In this document: piece by piece, positions 13,982-30,457 of the stretch
Layout: every line of letters begins with the position of its first letter
Numbering within the stretch: position 1 is the stretch's first letter
Source of the DNA: the human T2T-CHM13v2.0 reference genome, Homo sapiens
NCBI RefSeq assembly: GCF_009914755.1
Contig: NC_060944.1
Reading direction: 5' to 3' (one strand)
Length of the DNA: 64,000 nucleotides
Program-made: the position numbers and the translations under genes
Notes under the pieces: generated by a model
What the model saw: only the letters and a program-made list of their open reading frames with translations
Told to the model about the DNA's origin: nothing
The model's database searches: none

Positions 13982-14763
13982 TGTGGTAGGCCAATAATGC
14001 CTCTGAAAGGCATGTCCATGTCTTAATCCATGGAGCCTGACTTTATTTGAAGTAGGGCATTTGCAGATGTATTTAAGATATTTGAGGCCGGGCACAGTGG
14101 CTCATGTCTGTAATCCCAGCACTTTGAAAGGCTGAGGCAGGTGGATTCACCTGAGGTCAGGAGTTCGAGACCAGCCTGGCCAACATGGTGAAAAGCCCGT
14201 ATCTACCAAAAATACAAAAGTTAGCTGGGTGTGGTAGTGGCAGCGCCTGTAATCCCAGCTACTCGAGAGCCTGAGGCAGGGAGAATCACTTGAACACAGG
14301 AGGCGGAGGTTGCAGTAAGCCAAGATCGCACCATTGCACTCCAGCCTGGGTGGCAGAGCAAGACTCTGTCTCAAAAAAAAAAAAAAAAAAATAGAAGAAA
14401 GAAAAAAGAAATTTGAGAGGAGATCATCCTGGGTTATCTGAGTGAGCCCTAAATGCCATCAGAAGTGTCCTTGGAAAAAGGAGACAGAGGGAGCAGAAGG
14501 CAATGGGACAATAGAAACAGAGAAGTTTGAAGATGCTGTGATGCTGGATTTGAAAATAGAGGAAGGCCCACAGGATGGAAGAGGCCATGAATGGATTATC
14601 TCTTGGAGTCTCCGTTGAGAATATAGCCCTTCTGCCATCTTGACTTTAGGTCAGTGAAACAAATATTGTTCTGGTCTCTCTAACTGAGAGAGAATAAATT
14701 TATCTTGTTTAAAATCACTAAGTTTGTGATAAGTTGTTACAACAGCCCCAGGAAACAAATACA
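13982..14763 (+). mobile_element. MLT1C/D-like MaLR LTR interrupted by an Alu
   Basis: tgtggtaggccaataatg...tttgcagatgt...atcctgggttatctgagtgagccctaaatgc...ggaaacaaataca. Confidence 0.85.
14086..14405 (+). mobile_element. AluS
   Basis: Full dimer with poly(A); TSD aagatatttga/aagaaatttga. Confidence 0.96.
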
Positions 14764-15659
14764 CACTCATTTATTTTATTTTACTGCTTAACATTATGCA
14801 TTGTGAGTTTGACCTATGTTGTTACATGTAGTTCTAATTTGTTCATTTTCATTGCTGAATAATATTCAATATGCAATTTTAAAAATTCATCTTTTTTTAA
14901 ACAAATAATGCTGCTATGTACATCCTTGCTTGTATCTTGTGGTATAAATATGTAAGTGGGTAGCTGCATCCATTTACTTTTTCTCCAACAGTCTATGAGA
15001 ATTTCCCTTGTTCTGTATCTTCATTTATATTCGTTATTGTTAGTCTTTTAATGTTAGACAAACTAGTATGTGTAGAATGGTATGTCATTACAGTTTTAAT
15101 TTAAATTTCTCTAACAAATAATGAGCCATTTTCATCAGGACTGAGCCTTGGGTCAAACAAGAGAGGCATCTAGGGCACACAATTTAAGGATGTGTTTATT
15201 CCCTTTCCTTTCTGTCCTTGTTTGTGATGAATTATTTCTACTTTATCAAACAAAAAGTGTAATAGGTATACAATTGATTTTTGCTTTTTGTGCATTTGTT
15301 ATAAATCCAGTCACCTTACCAAACTGGCTTTTATTTCTAATTGTTTGTAGATAATTTTTGACATTTGTACATAGCCATGCCATCTCCAAATTAGCATTTA
15401 CCTTTCCTTTTCAATATTTACAAATTTAACTTCTTTTAGTTGCCTTATCCCACTAGCTGGGGCCACTATAAATCTTTTATACTTGTTTTGATGTCTATAG
15501 ATACTGTAGTGATGTCCTCTCCTTTATTAATTTCTCACACTGGTAATTTCTGGTCTCTCTTTCTTTCTGACTGTTTATCTTTCTGTCACTCTCTTCCCCT
15601 CTTTCTCCGTGTGTATGTATGTGTGTGTGTGTGTGTCTGTATAAAAGAATTTAAATATA

Positions 15660-15981
15660 CGGATAGTCCTTGACTTAATGATGGTTTGACTTACAATTTT
15701 TCAACTTTACAATACTGCAAAACAATCACAATTTCAACATAACGTACCATATTCAATACATTACATGAGAGATTCAACACTTGCTGATCAAGTAGGCTTT
15801 CTGTTAGATAATTTTGCCCAACTGTAGGCTAATGTTAGTGCACTGAGCATGTTTTAGGTAGGTTAGGCTAAGCGATGATGTTTGGCAGGTTGGGTATATT
15901 AAATGCATTTTCTACTTATGATATTTTCAATTATATTGGGCTTATCAGGATGTAACCCTATCATAAGTTGAGGAACACCTG
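15660..15981 (-). mobile_element. MER47A-like Tigger MITE
   Basis: Degenerate terminal inverted repeats, TA flanks, ttttgcccaactgtaggctaatg / aggtaggttaggctaagc core. Confidence 0.85.
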
Positions 15982-16065
15982 TACTATAATTATGCAATTA
16001 TAAAGAGATTCATTATTTTTTTCCAGGCAAAACTTTTTTCGTTGATTTTTCTCTTATATGTCTGT

Positions 16066-16724
16066 TGTATCAGTCAGTTTTCAAATTACTATAAAGATAC
16101 TACCTGAGACTGGGTAATTTATAAATAAAAATGATTTACTTGATTCACAGTTCTGCATGGCTGGGGAGGCCTCAGGAAACATACAATCATGACAAAAGGT
16201 AAAGGAGAAGCAATGCACATCTTACATGGCAGCAGGAGAGAGAGCAGGAAAAACTGCCACTTTTTTTGTTTTTTAAGACAGAGTCTTGCTGTGTAGCCCA
16301 GACTGGAGTGCAGTGGTGTGATCTTGGCTCACTGCAACCTCCACCTCCCAGGTTCAAGTGATTCCCCTGTCTCAGTCTCCTGAGTAGCTGAGATTACAGG
16401 CGTGTGCCACTATACCAAGCTAATTTTTTTGTATTTTTAGTAGAGATGGGGTTTTGCCATGTTGGCCAGCTGGTTTTGAACTGATCTGAAGTGATCCACC
16501 CACCTCAGCCTCCCTAAGTGCCGGGATTACAGGTGTGATCCATTGCACTGACAAAACTGCCACTTTTAAAACCATCAGATCTCATGACAACTCCCTCACT
16601 ATCACGGGATAGCATGGAGGAAACCACCTCCATGATCCAATTACCTCCCACCAAGTCCCTCCTTCAACACTTGGAGATTACAATTAAAGATGATATTTGG
16701 GCCACACAGTGCCAAACCACATCA
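16066..16724 (-). mobile_element. THE1D/MSTA-like MaLR LTR interrupted by an Alu
   Basis: acctgagactgggtaatttata...ggggaggcctcaggaaac...gatccaattacctcccacc...ccaaaccacatca. Confidence 0.9.
16262..16552 (-). mobile_element. AluS
   Basis: Antisense dimer; TSD aaaactgccactttt on both sides. Confidence 0.95.
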
Positions 16725-18464
16725 TCCTCATTTTTTTCAATAATTTCTTCATCATATCTCATCATGTATTTATTTACATGTATTTTGAAATTGAGTACTA
16801 GGCATTATACATGAAAAACTGAGAGTAATCTGAAGCCCTGGAAATGTTAACATTCTCTAGAGAAGAATTACATTTGCTCTTTGCAGTAAGCTAAGGACAC
16901 TAGCAGGTTACTTTAATGCATCCATAAGTGTACAGATAATCAGACACTAGGTTTATGTCCATGAGTGGGCTGGTCTTTATCGAGTGTAGTCCTTGCCCCC
17001 AACTCAAAGCCTGGAGGGTACTGTGCTCCAATTCTCCCCACCACATTCCCTTGCACACTCACAGTTACATGCATTTCACTGCCAAAAGTATTCCTTAGTT
17101 TTGCGATCTGTTTTTTAACTTCCTAGAATCAGTAAAAATCTTGAGCTAAAAAGTGATGCTCAATGTCAAGCTCATCTCTTGGATCTGGGCTTTGCAATTT
17201 CCCATGGCTTTGTTAACACTTAGTGTCTCGAAGAAAATTTTGTTGTTGTGTTCCATGGGAGAGTTGATATCAATTACAAATGTGCAGTTACTGGTAGAAG
17301 TTCCTGTGGTTTCTATTTTACCTTCAGATTTTACTTTTAGACTGCTCCAGTCTACATCTTTTTATAAGAGATCATGTGAGGACAGTTTTTTTTAATTCTC
17401 TTCTGCAACCTCTGGAGTTTTGTAACTTGCATTATTCTTGTTTTACTTAAATTTAAGCCTTTTTTTCTATAGTCTGCAAGAAGTTTTCTTTAGTTGCTTA
17501 ATCTATGTGCTGCTTTTATAGGACTTATTTTTCATCTGTCATTTCATAAAATGTCTCTTTTTACTTTCTCCTTATTTTGGCCCATCCTTTGGCTAGATTT
17601 TTGGGGTGGTGTTATCTGAGATCTCCTATGTCTATTTGTTGCTTGAATGACCCTTCAGGTTTTACATAATTTTTTCAGCCATCCTTTTATTTTCTTAAGA
17701 ATGTCCTGGTAACATGTTTCCCCTATAAATCTACATCCAAATCCTTCCTTAATTTAAGGAATCACTACATGATAGTGAACATTTAATTCTCTTTTATTCC
17801 AATTTGAGTTATCAATGTCAGTGCCAATTATTCTTTTTCAAGATATCATTGCCTGCACTCTTCACATATTATCTTGTTTATAATGACTTGAATCATTTTT
17901 GTTTATTAACATACATAGCTACACTCGCCCCAGAGGAATAGGGAACTCACATATGCAAAAGAAAATCCATGGGAACACCCACAACACAATTTATCCATCA
18001 TCCAGTATTACTGAGTAAAGGCTCTTGAAATAAGAGTTTTCAACACAAAATAGAATATGAAAAACTATAATATGCATGCAAAATGTGAGAGGACTTGGAC
18101 ATTTAAAAAACAACTTGTAGTTGAAAACTAATGTGTAGACTAACTAGCAGAAAAGATATAGGTGGAATTGATGAGCATAAAATTATTAAATAAAAACAAA
18201 AAATAGGAGTACATGATAAATATTTTCAAAGTATGATATCTGAAAAGGCTAATACAATACACTTTTGACAATTTCCAAGAAAAGTAGAAAGAAAGAAAGA
18301 AGAAAATTTTTAAAATAGATAAAGATACTACACCTACACATATGAAGAAATTTTAAAACCTCAAGCTGTAGTCATTAAATATGATTATTATCTGAATTTT
18401 AAATGCACTATTTGACTCACCCTTTGACTCTATTATTATCATCTCTAGCAGATGCTCAGTGGTC

Positions 18465-18720
18465 TGATAGGATCAGTAACAACACAGAACCATTGCCAAG
18501 CCACATGGAAGCATGAAGCAAAAGAAAACCTCAGTAATATTGATTTTGTCTTTATTTAAAATGTTAATATGTTGTTCATCATGGATTTCGTGCATTAATT
18601 TTGATTTAATAAAATATTACATTATCATTTACCTTGATTACTGAGTTTATTTGACATCCCTTTATGTTCCTCACCTGAGGCAGCAAGGGCCTCATGTTCT
18701 TCACTCTGAGTCAGGACCTG
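18465..18720. mobile_element. MER96B-like hAT MITE (partial)
   Basis: ttgttcatcatggattt...gcattaattttgattt...cttgattactgagttt...caggacctg. Confidence 0.75.
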
Positions 18721-18959
18721 CACAAGACATAAAAATTTTACATTTATGTCCACTTAGGCAGTTGAGGTCTTGCCTTCTAAGTTTCTCTATAGCTCACTAA
18801 GAAGAAATGGTGTTGATGTAGGGAGAGGGCTACACTCTGGTAGTGCTAGTTCCAGGAAGATGCCCATGTGCCCCTGATAGCACTACAGAGTTTAGCAATT
18901 TCTGCCTTCACTGCTTATTTTACTTTTTCTCTTCCTCAGTTTGTTTCCCTTCCAGAGAG

Positions 18960-19170
18960 CCAGGTCATGGGTACTGGAACTAGACGAATAAGGATTGAAA
19001 ACCCACTTATGTAACCTTGAATGAGTTATTTTACTTGTCTGAGTCTCAATTTTCTTATATATTAAGTGAGGATAATTTTTAATTTATAAGATTCTTGTAT
19101 AAATAAATATGTACAGAAAGTCCATCATACACCTAGTCCACAGCATGGACTTAATAAATCTCATTATCTT
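18960..19170 (+). mobile_element. MIR
   Basis: tatgtaaccttgaatgagttattttacttgtctgagtctcaattttcttat core. Confidence 0.7.
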
Positions 19171-20724
19171 TTCAACTCTATTTCTGCTTCCCATTCTTCA
19201 ACTTACTACTACAAAGCTAATCCATTAGCTAGTATATAGTAGAAACTGAAAAAAAATTGAAATGCATTTCTTTTATTGCTATAATCACAAATATGTTACA
19301 TAGACCTACCTCAATGGTAGAGTTCATCCATTGAGTTGGTTCAGTTATGTTTAATATTAGTTTAATATTTCAAACGTAGCAAAAATATTTTATTAGTTAC
19401 TTATAATAGGTGGAGGAAAGTAAACAATAGGCTTCTTAGAAACACTCTGATTCCTGATCTAAACCCTATTCTTCAGTGAAATTGTTTTGATAATGTATAC
19501 AATTTCAGAAATTTATATTTTTGCTTCTAATATCTCAATGTATTTAGTTAAGAGAAATAAAAATAACTTTAACTAACTTTATAATATATAAAGTTTATTT
19601 TAAACCTTTGCCTTTAAATGAAAAAAAATAATGTTATTAGAGGTTTTATACTTTTCTGTATATAACATCAGGCTAATTTTCACTAGACTGTAAATATTCT
19701 TATATGGACAGGCAAATCAGTACTGAATATACAATATATTTTCTTTTCTATGGATTGTGCCCAAATTACATCAGTTTAGAACAAACACGCTTAATTAAAG
19801 CCAATAAATTCAGGTGTTCTATGATTGTTATACTTTTTTGTTTTCAATGAAAAATAGCCAGACCTGTTCACTGGGGCTTGTTGTAATTATGGATTTTAAT
19901 GTGAATAAGCTATCATTTGATGTTCCACCAAGAAAATGTTTTTACATTTTAAAGAGCTTTAAGATTTGTTATTTGAGTTAGTGTCATTTGAATAATGGCT
20001 GAGAGAACAGTTTTTTTTTTCAATTACACACGTATTTCTTCATCTATTTAGAGCCTCTGAGGTCAGACTAGATTAAAAATGCACACACGCATTTGTCTCA
20101 AGTAATGGTGGAAAGTTACCTCCTTGGTGACTGCAGTGTGCAAGAATGTGTGTGGTTTGGTTTCTAATCTTTCATTTCTTTCCAACATGAAAAAATAACC
20201 TCCCTCAGGCAAGAAAAAAACATTGTACTTGGGGAGTTGCCTTTGATCAAAGAAAGGGGCAATAGCTCTTTCCTGAAAATGGTGACAAGAATGAAAAATG
20301 GAAAGAAAGATCTATTTTAACTAGAAGTAATGATTTTGGGGGAGGAATAGGGAGAGTGTATGTGAGTAAACAAGGAAGGAAACTGAGAGTAACAGTCACT
20401 GATGTCAGTTTGTGAAAGGGATGAGGCTGACCAACATGCCTTGAGGCCATATCAGAAGATTTTAGTTTTCATATAAAATATTTATATTTCCATCTTTTTT
20501 TCCTATATTATGAGGGCAATCAAAAGAAGAATTTTGGCTTTGTACAGAATTTTCCTACGTATTGAGGAAGTAAAAATGCCAGGTATATTCACATTTTCAA
20601 GGTTTTACTGAGAATAAAGTTTATACCTAGAAATGATTTTAATACAAGCAATGGGCTATCCTAGGAAAACAAAACGGAGAGAGATGATCTAACAGGAATG
20701 ATGTAGCAGAATTGACATAAATGC

Positions 20725-21068
20725 TGCTATGCTTTGGTTCTGTGTCCCCACCCACTCCCACGTGTTGAGGGAGGGAAGTGATAGGATTATGGGGTGGGGG
20801 GTGGTTTCTCCCATACTGTTCTCGTGATAGAGAGTCTCACGAAATCTTTTGGTTTTAAAAGAGGCAGTTTTTTCCTGTGCTCCTACTTCCATCTCTTCTG
20901 CCACCTTGTGAAGAAGGTGCCTGCTTCCCCTTCACCTTCCGCCATGATTGTCAGCTTCCTGAGGCCTCCCCAGACATGCAGAACTGTGAGTCAGTTAAAA
21001 CCTCTTTCCATTATAAACTACCCAGTCTCAGGCAGTTCTTGACAGCAGTGCAAAACCGGACTCATACA
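20725..21068 (+). mobile_element. THE1D/MSTA-like LTR
   Basis: ccttccgccatgattgt...ttcctgaggcctcccca...acccagtctcaggcagttc...ggactcataca. Confidence 0.9.
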
Positions 21069-21199
21069 AATAGAAAAGATATTATCAATATCATCCTCCC
21101 CAGAACTTTCATGTTTTCACTAGATTTATGAGATATATTTTTCAATCTCCTTGAAAATCAACACAAGCCCTTCATTATCCAGTCTCATTATAAAATAAA

Positions 21200-21830
21200 G
21201 TATTTGTTTTATATTGGCACCATGACAATTTCAACTAAATTAATGGCTTCAGCAACATAAATTATTATCTCACACTTCTGTAGGTCTGAAGTCTCAGTGG
21301 GCTCAACCAGTTCCCCTGTTCAACATTCGGCAAGGTCCAAATGAAGGTGACAATCAACAGGGATCTTATTGGGAAGCTCTGGTAAGAGTACATTTCCAGA
21401 TTTATTAAGGTTGTTGGCAGAATTTAGTTGTTTGCAGTTGTATCACCATTCCCAGTATCTTGTACAGTTGTACGTCATTGTTTTCTTGCCTGTGTCAACT
21501 GGTGGTTGCTGGTGTCAGCTCCTAGTAACCTGTCTCCAGACTTCCTATGTGAGCCTCTACATCGCAAAACGAGCAATGACGCCTCCGAACCTTCTCAGGA
21601 GGAATCTTTCTAATTTCTCCCTCTGCCAAGCCCCTCTTTCTCCAGCTGAAGTATGTTCTCTGCTTTCGAAGGTTCATATGATTAGATTGGGTTCACCTGG
21701 ATACTTAAAGATGCTTGCCCTATCTTAAGGTTTGTAACCTTAGTTACAGCTACAAAGTCCATTTTGCCATATTCACAGATTCCAGAAATGAGGATGTGGA
21801 CATCTTTGGGAGGCTACTGTGCATACCACA
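21200..21830 (-). mobile_element. MLT1E-like MaLR LTR
   Basis: tattatctcacacttctgtaggtc...gttgttggcagaatttag...gaggatgtggacatctttggg...taccaca. Confidence 0.8.
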
Positions 21831-22069
21831 AATACTAATCTCACAATAATCTGTTTATGGCCTATTTTTTGGCCATTACTTCACTGAAATTCATATTCTG
21901 CATTTTGTTAAGTATTCAGTCTCTGAGGTGAAGCACAGTAATACAGAAAAACCTAGATGATTCAAAATGAAAGACATTGATAGCGTAAAAAGAACATCAG
22001 AAATCATTGGTTTTTGAGACTAATGTGCTAAAGTTTACTTTTCCATATTTTTTGAGAGTATTTTTCCTT

Positions 22070-22440
22070 GTTTTTAATTTTGGTATACTTTAGATAAGAT
22101 GAAATGCACAATTTTTAATCATTATTCAATGACTTTTGATAAAAATACATGATTGAGCCACCCACAGGCCATAGAACATTGACATTACCCCAGAAATTTC
22201 TCATGCCACTTAACAATCAATTCCCGTCACCCTCCAGCCATTATTCTTGTTTCTATCACTACAGATTGATCTTGCCCATTCTGAAACTTTATATGGATGT
22301 GATCATACAATACATACTTTTGGTGTCTTTTTTTATAGTATTTTTGAGTAGTTTTCAATTATTTGACTATATCACAGCTTTTACAACCCATTTTCCAATT
22401 TTGCGGGCCTTTGAGTTCTCTTCAGTTTGGGGTTATCAAG
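22070..22440 (-). mobile_element. L1M 3'-end fragment
   Basis: atagaacatt...ccccagaaatttctcatgcc...ctgaaactttatatggatg. Confidence 0.65.
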
Positions 22441-22556
22441 AATAATTATACTGTTATCTTTATTTCTGTTAGGCTTGAAAATATTTCATAATCATGTATT
22501 CTTAGAATAATTTGCAAGTTATTTATTTAAGCAGTCATATTGATATTTAGGTAAAT

Positions 22557-24758
<2,202 letters not shown>

Positions 24759-25539
24759 TTTAGGTAAATATTTTTTAAGATTACCTGCCCACAAACATAA
24801 ACTACCTATTGAGCACTGCTTGTATTTTGGTGGGCATATGCACATATACACTCAGAGTTGAATGTGGCTACTTTAAATGACTTCTGCCATTCTCATAAAA
24901 TAATTAGCAGATTATCCAGTTTATAAACTTGATGACATTGCTATATAAGATACTGGAAAACAAATTCCATTATATAATATTTGCAGAGATAAGTTTTTGA
25001 AATTGATAAGCCACTTTTCCAGGATTTTTTATACTAAATACAGTTGTTTGGATAAGGACATTCATATAGATACCTGGCTTCATAACTAATACAAGCAATT
25101 TATCATAACATACCCACAGTTAATTTTTTTCTTCACTTTTGCCCTACAATGGGTGCTCTTAAATTACTTTGTAATATTTTTCAAGGCACAGAAGTAAGGA
25201 ATGGAGAGAAAAATAAGCCTGAGACGTCTTTGGGCTCCAAAAATCTTTACTCTTGGTAACCATAGCAGCTCGTGACTCAATAAAGTGATAAAAAGACTTC
25301 ATATTTTTGGGTTAAAAAACTTGTATATGTTAGTTTTTCTGACAAAGATAATCAGATACGACAATTACTAAATCGGGATATTAAAACTATCATCTCAGGA
25401 TAAGAACAATTACGTATTTTCCTGTTGAAACTTTAGATTCTTTGTTGTTGTCATTGTCCCTTAAGGAAAACCTATCTGTCCTTGTGCCCCAGTAGCACTC
25501 CACATCTTTGGCAGATGTGAGTTTATATTTTTTATCACT

Positions 25540-26800
25540 ACTCTTGTGCTTGAAGAGCATGCTTTAACATTTCTTGTAGTGCTTTTCTGGTGGTAATAAA
25601 TACTTTCACCTATTATTTTAATCTTATTAAAGTGTTAATTTTGCCTTTTGAAGATTATTTTCACTGGATATATAATTCTGAAATGATTTATTATTTCTTC
25701 TCTATACTTTAAATAATTTTTAGATTTTCATTTAGCTTACATTTGTTCTAATGAGAAGTCAGAAGTATTTTTTATCATTATTCCCTTTTCTATTACATGT
25801 CTTTTCTCCCACCTACAATTACGAATTTTGAATTGTATGACTGTGTTGATATTCTACATCTCTCCACTCTCTTTCTTCTTTTCCTCTAAATCCTTGGACA
25901 TACTTTAATACCAGCTTAATAATGCTTGTTTTTATTCTTAACAACATCCTGGCTATCTTAGGTCTGTTTCTATTGCTTATTTTTCTCCTAATTTTCTCAT
26001 AGGTTTCTGCTATTTTTGCATGTTTAATAATTGTTTTTGTTTTATATTTGACATTTTCATACTATATTATTTAGATTCTAGACTTCCGTCTTTGGTAGAA
26101 GTGTGTTGAATTTTATTTTGAGCACTCAGTTAATTTACTGGCACATTAGTTTGATCCAGTTGGTCCTTATTTTTAAGTTTTTAAGGCTGATTTAAGAGTA
26201 TTTCTTCTGATAGGAGTAGATGAGCCCCACTTCGCAAGCTGACTTTCCTGAGTTCTTATTTAAACACTGGGAGATGCTCAGTGAGTCTTTTCACTTTGAC
26301 TGGTTGAAACTCTAATGGCTTTCAACATTGTTGAACCAGTGAAATCCTCATTCCGCTCATTGCCCCTTAGAAAGTGTTCTCTCTGTGGCCTTGTGAAATC
26401 TTACTCTGTACATGCATAATATGTTGTTCACTCAAAAAATTCAAGAAGACTCATTTGTAGATTTTTAGATCTCTTTCTCAGTTCGACTCTTTCTTCTCTG
26501 GAATGTTCTTCATAAATTCCAGCCACCTCAGCTGCATCCTACCATCGGTTTCTCCATTCAGAAAAATTGCTGTGATCTATTCGGGCTCCTCTTTCCTTTC
26601 CTGCAGTTTTGGAAGTATCCCTATATAAAAGGCCAGCTTTAAATGTGGAGTTCACTTCAAGGATCACGACTCTATGCTGTGTGTTGTACAATGCTTTAAA
26701 ATGGGCACATGGTACATTTTGTCTAGTTTTATAGTTGTTTACAGCAGAAGATTCAGTCTGAAATCCATTATTTTATTATAGCCAGAACCAGAAGTCAAGC
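25540..26800 (-). mobile_element. Degraded L1ME-like fragment
   Basis: gaagattattttcactggatatataattctg; gttctaatgagaagtcag. Confidence 0.55.
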
Positions 26801-27309
26801 AATCTGTTTTTAAAAAAGCACATATTGTGTACCTGCTACCTTCCATGTACCATACCAAGTGTGTTCAAATACATAGTCAAGTCAGCTTTTACTATTTGTT
26901 GTTCCTCATGAAGGGCTTACATTTTATTTTATTTTATTTTTTTTTGGAGAGAGGGCTTAGGCAGATTTTTATTCAATATCTATGCATTTGCTCATGCTGA
27001 CTGTTTCTGGCATATTTTTACATACTTCCTAAATACTGTTTGTCTTGCAAGATTTATGGCACTTCTTTTTTGCATGTTTTTCTAATTCATCTCCAAAATC
27101 AACCTTTCCCAACTTCATTTGTTCATAAGATACTTTTAAATTCACCTCTGTTATAGCATTTACCCTGTTGAATTATAGCTATCTCTGTATGTGTCATAAA
27201 AACCCAGGAAAATTTTAGGCTGCAACTGCCACTTTCCTCTCTTTGTGACTCCACTTGTCACAGTTACAAGTGCACATATTAGGCCATTTCTAAGGGTTCA
27301 TTGTACTGA

Positions 27310-27505
27310 ATACCTGCTACCTAATTTAACTCACATAATAATCTTGTGAGGTATATAGTATAATTATCATTATGTTTAATAAACAAATTGAGTCTCATAT
27401 AAGTTAATTATTTATTCTAGTTTACTAATGTCAGTGATAGAACTGAATTCTGAGTTCAAGCTCCGTGTTTGCAACTCCAAATCTACTAATCATCACTATA
27501 CCACA
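27310..27505 (-). mobile_element. MIR
   Basis: ctcacataataatcttgtgaggta...aattgagtctc...actccaaatc. Confidence 0.65.
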
Positions 27506-27619
27506 TTTATCATGCATTGCCTTCACTCTTGTTAGCCTGACAAATAGGAAAATAATACAATAATCCTTAAATATCAGTACTATCTCATACAATTTCATAT
27601 AACTCACACAATTTTAATC

Positions 27620-27960
27620 ACAATTGTAAAGGTCTATACAGCTTAATTAGTCTAACTCCCCATTCAATGGCCGTATTTTCTCTACAGTATTCCTGACCAT
27701 AAGACTTTGCTTTGACCCTGCTGTTTGTGTCCCCCATCCCTTAAAGCAATCCATGTATGCTAGTAATTATTAATTCCTTAGAGTAGTTTACATATGCCAT
27801 CCTAAAACTTGTATCCACCATTTCTTTCTCCACCCTTAATGGCTGTATAAAATTTGTCCCCTTGGTTATTCATTGGCAAGCCCTCCAATATTTGAAAACA
27901 ACTAATGTTGCCTTAAGTCCTCTTTCTTTCAAGGTAAGCATCTTTAGTTGCTTTTCTTTG
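27620..27960. mobile_element. L3/CR1 fragment
   Basis: aagccctccaatatttgaaaacaactaatg...tctttctttcaaggtaagcatc resembles the CR1/L3 3' region. Confidence 0.5.
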
Positions 27961-30457
27961 CTCTTCTTCTTAGATTGGTTTCTACTCTTTACATCCAATA
28001 TTTTCTGTTTGTGGACAAGATTTTAAGACATGTAAAACTATGAAACACGCTGTCCTGTATGATCATAGTAATCTGTGAGGCTATTAATATCTTAGGTGTT
28101 ATTACAAAGCTTTTACTTTCCCTTTCCAAGATGAACAGCACAGCAACAGGAATAAAGAAAAATTTCCCTCTAATAACTAGAAGAGTTAGAGTAACTACGA
28201 TTTACAGATGAAAACCTAGGGCCAGAGCCTTCCTGTAGGATATTAGACTTCCTTTTCAAGAGGTGGCCCCCTATATAATATTTTTAAACTATCTGCCCTC
28301 TTCCTTCAATCCTGTCACTCTGTTATGCCCTTTGAAAAGAGACAGTGAAGGAGTTATATTTGGAAATATGCCCCATATTTTTTCTGATCACTGGAATGCA
28401 GAGGTGAACATGAATTTTATGAGTCTGTAGAGTTAGGGATTACATACTTTAAGTAATTAATTCTACAATATTAAAAATAGTTCTCACCATAAATCAACAG
28501 CTGAATGGTGGGAGTTGGACATAATGGAGAAAATATGGACTAAAGAGATTATGAATAGGTATTGTAGAGAATCGATATTTTAATTGGGTGAATTAAGTAA
28601 ACTCTTGGATGGATTAAAAGGTTAGATTCTGGTTGGATGTAGTTTTCCCTTATGTTCCAGAAATATGTCAACTCCTGATTTACAACAAAGGCCCAAATTC
28701 ACGAAAAGAGAAAGACACCTCCTTCCCTATCTAGTAGAAGAAACTAATATTGCCATCAGACCATCCATATGCCATTATTATTTTATATTACTCAGATTAT
28801 AATAGGCAGTGAACTTTCAATAATATATCACCTGATCTTTTGGTGTTTATATCAGAAACCTGTAATCTTTCTCTGATAAAGAGAATGAGCCCATGAGCCA
28901 ATATACCTGACAAATGTGTAAAGGCAGGGGCAGTGCCCAGGTGTCCCTGAGAAGTCTATCTCTGCTGCTACTTTCTCAGGGCCGCAGAGGGTACATATCT
29001 CATGCAAGCACACACTTGCACTCACATGTGTGCATGTTTACCCTCTGGATTAGCCCAATTCTCCATTCACCTTTAGTTTTGCCTCATATTTTGGGAGTTC
29101 AGATTAGAAAACTGATCTAATCCACCAACATTTCTGGCATCTCTAAGCTTACATGGTATCAATGACCTCATGATGCTTTAGATTTATTTTTAATATCTGA
29201 GTATTTACTTTCAAGGGTTAATTAACCTTGGTGAAATCTTAAAATCTTCAGCTAAAGATATACTACATGACAGGCATACAATTTTGGAACTGCTTTGTTA
29301 TGAACCTATACAAGGTAAATTGGCAGTGGTCACGTATTAAAGTAGCTGCTTGAACAAACCTTAATGGCACAGCTTCCATCCCAGGACTTATTAAGATCCA
29401 GTGGTTGCTTAAAGAGAAATTAGTTTGTTTGCTATAATTTGTTGAGGAAATCACCATACAATATGCAATTAGAGTGCACATATTTCTTATAAGATACCTG
29501 TGGTAAAGCTCTTCCTGTCATCCTAAACTGGAGAACATAGCGAAATTAGTTTCATCATGAAAGTTTAGATGCAGCTGGAAATTCAGAGACAATTGCTTTA
29601 TCTTAAAAGCTATTTTCACTTTTCCATTGCCACATTTAAAAGTTAAGGTTTATAGAGAAATATTCTCAAGTGATTATGGAACAAGTGCAGGAAAATAGAA
29701 GCATAAAAATATGTATTTCAAGGCATCAATTCTAATTCTGCTTCTAAAAATAGTCAGTGTGCAAAGCTGCAGTTGCTGGGGTATTGCTTCAATGAAGCTG
29801 CATCGTCACCATCAACTACATTTTCAGGATCCACAATCTTCATATATATACTTTATTTTTTAATATTATAGAGGAAGAAAGTGTAATAACTTGGTGGGAG
29901 CTTCCTCCTATGTATGATATAGGAAGGTAGACAAATTAGCATCTGCCCATGCTATGATGATCACAGGAACAATCTTGCAGCTGACAATGCCAAGAAATTA
30001 CTGTCCTTGAATAACGTCAAGCTTTAAATTTTTGATTACTGAAATTTCAGTAATTTATTGCAATCAAAATTGAATTTCATAAAACTTTGGATTCATTCTA
30101 CAATAGTAATATTCAGCTCAGGTGAATAATGATGTTAATACTCAGCCTTTCAGTGTTCAGCCAAATGTTTATTTGGTGCATCTCTACTTTATGTGTATTT
30201 GCAGATTTTAAAATATTTTTTTCTGCTGTGTATCATCATAACTGATACATATACACAAACATACAAAATCTTATGAAAGGCAAATGCAAACATATACACA
30301 AAGAACATATTATAGGAAAATGTGAAAAAAGAAAACATTCAAAGCAGAGATCATTACATAAGATGACAAAACTCAAACTAAACATATCTTCACTGTTATA
30401 TGTAATGAAATAAAATTAATAATTAAAGCAAAAGACATATTGGACAAGAAAAAATGT

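Noticed and set aside
15134-15190. MER96/MER91-like stub as the missing left arm of the element at 18465-18720
   Set aside because: Too short and diverged; no matching 8-bp TSD seen
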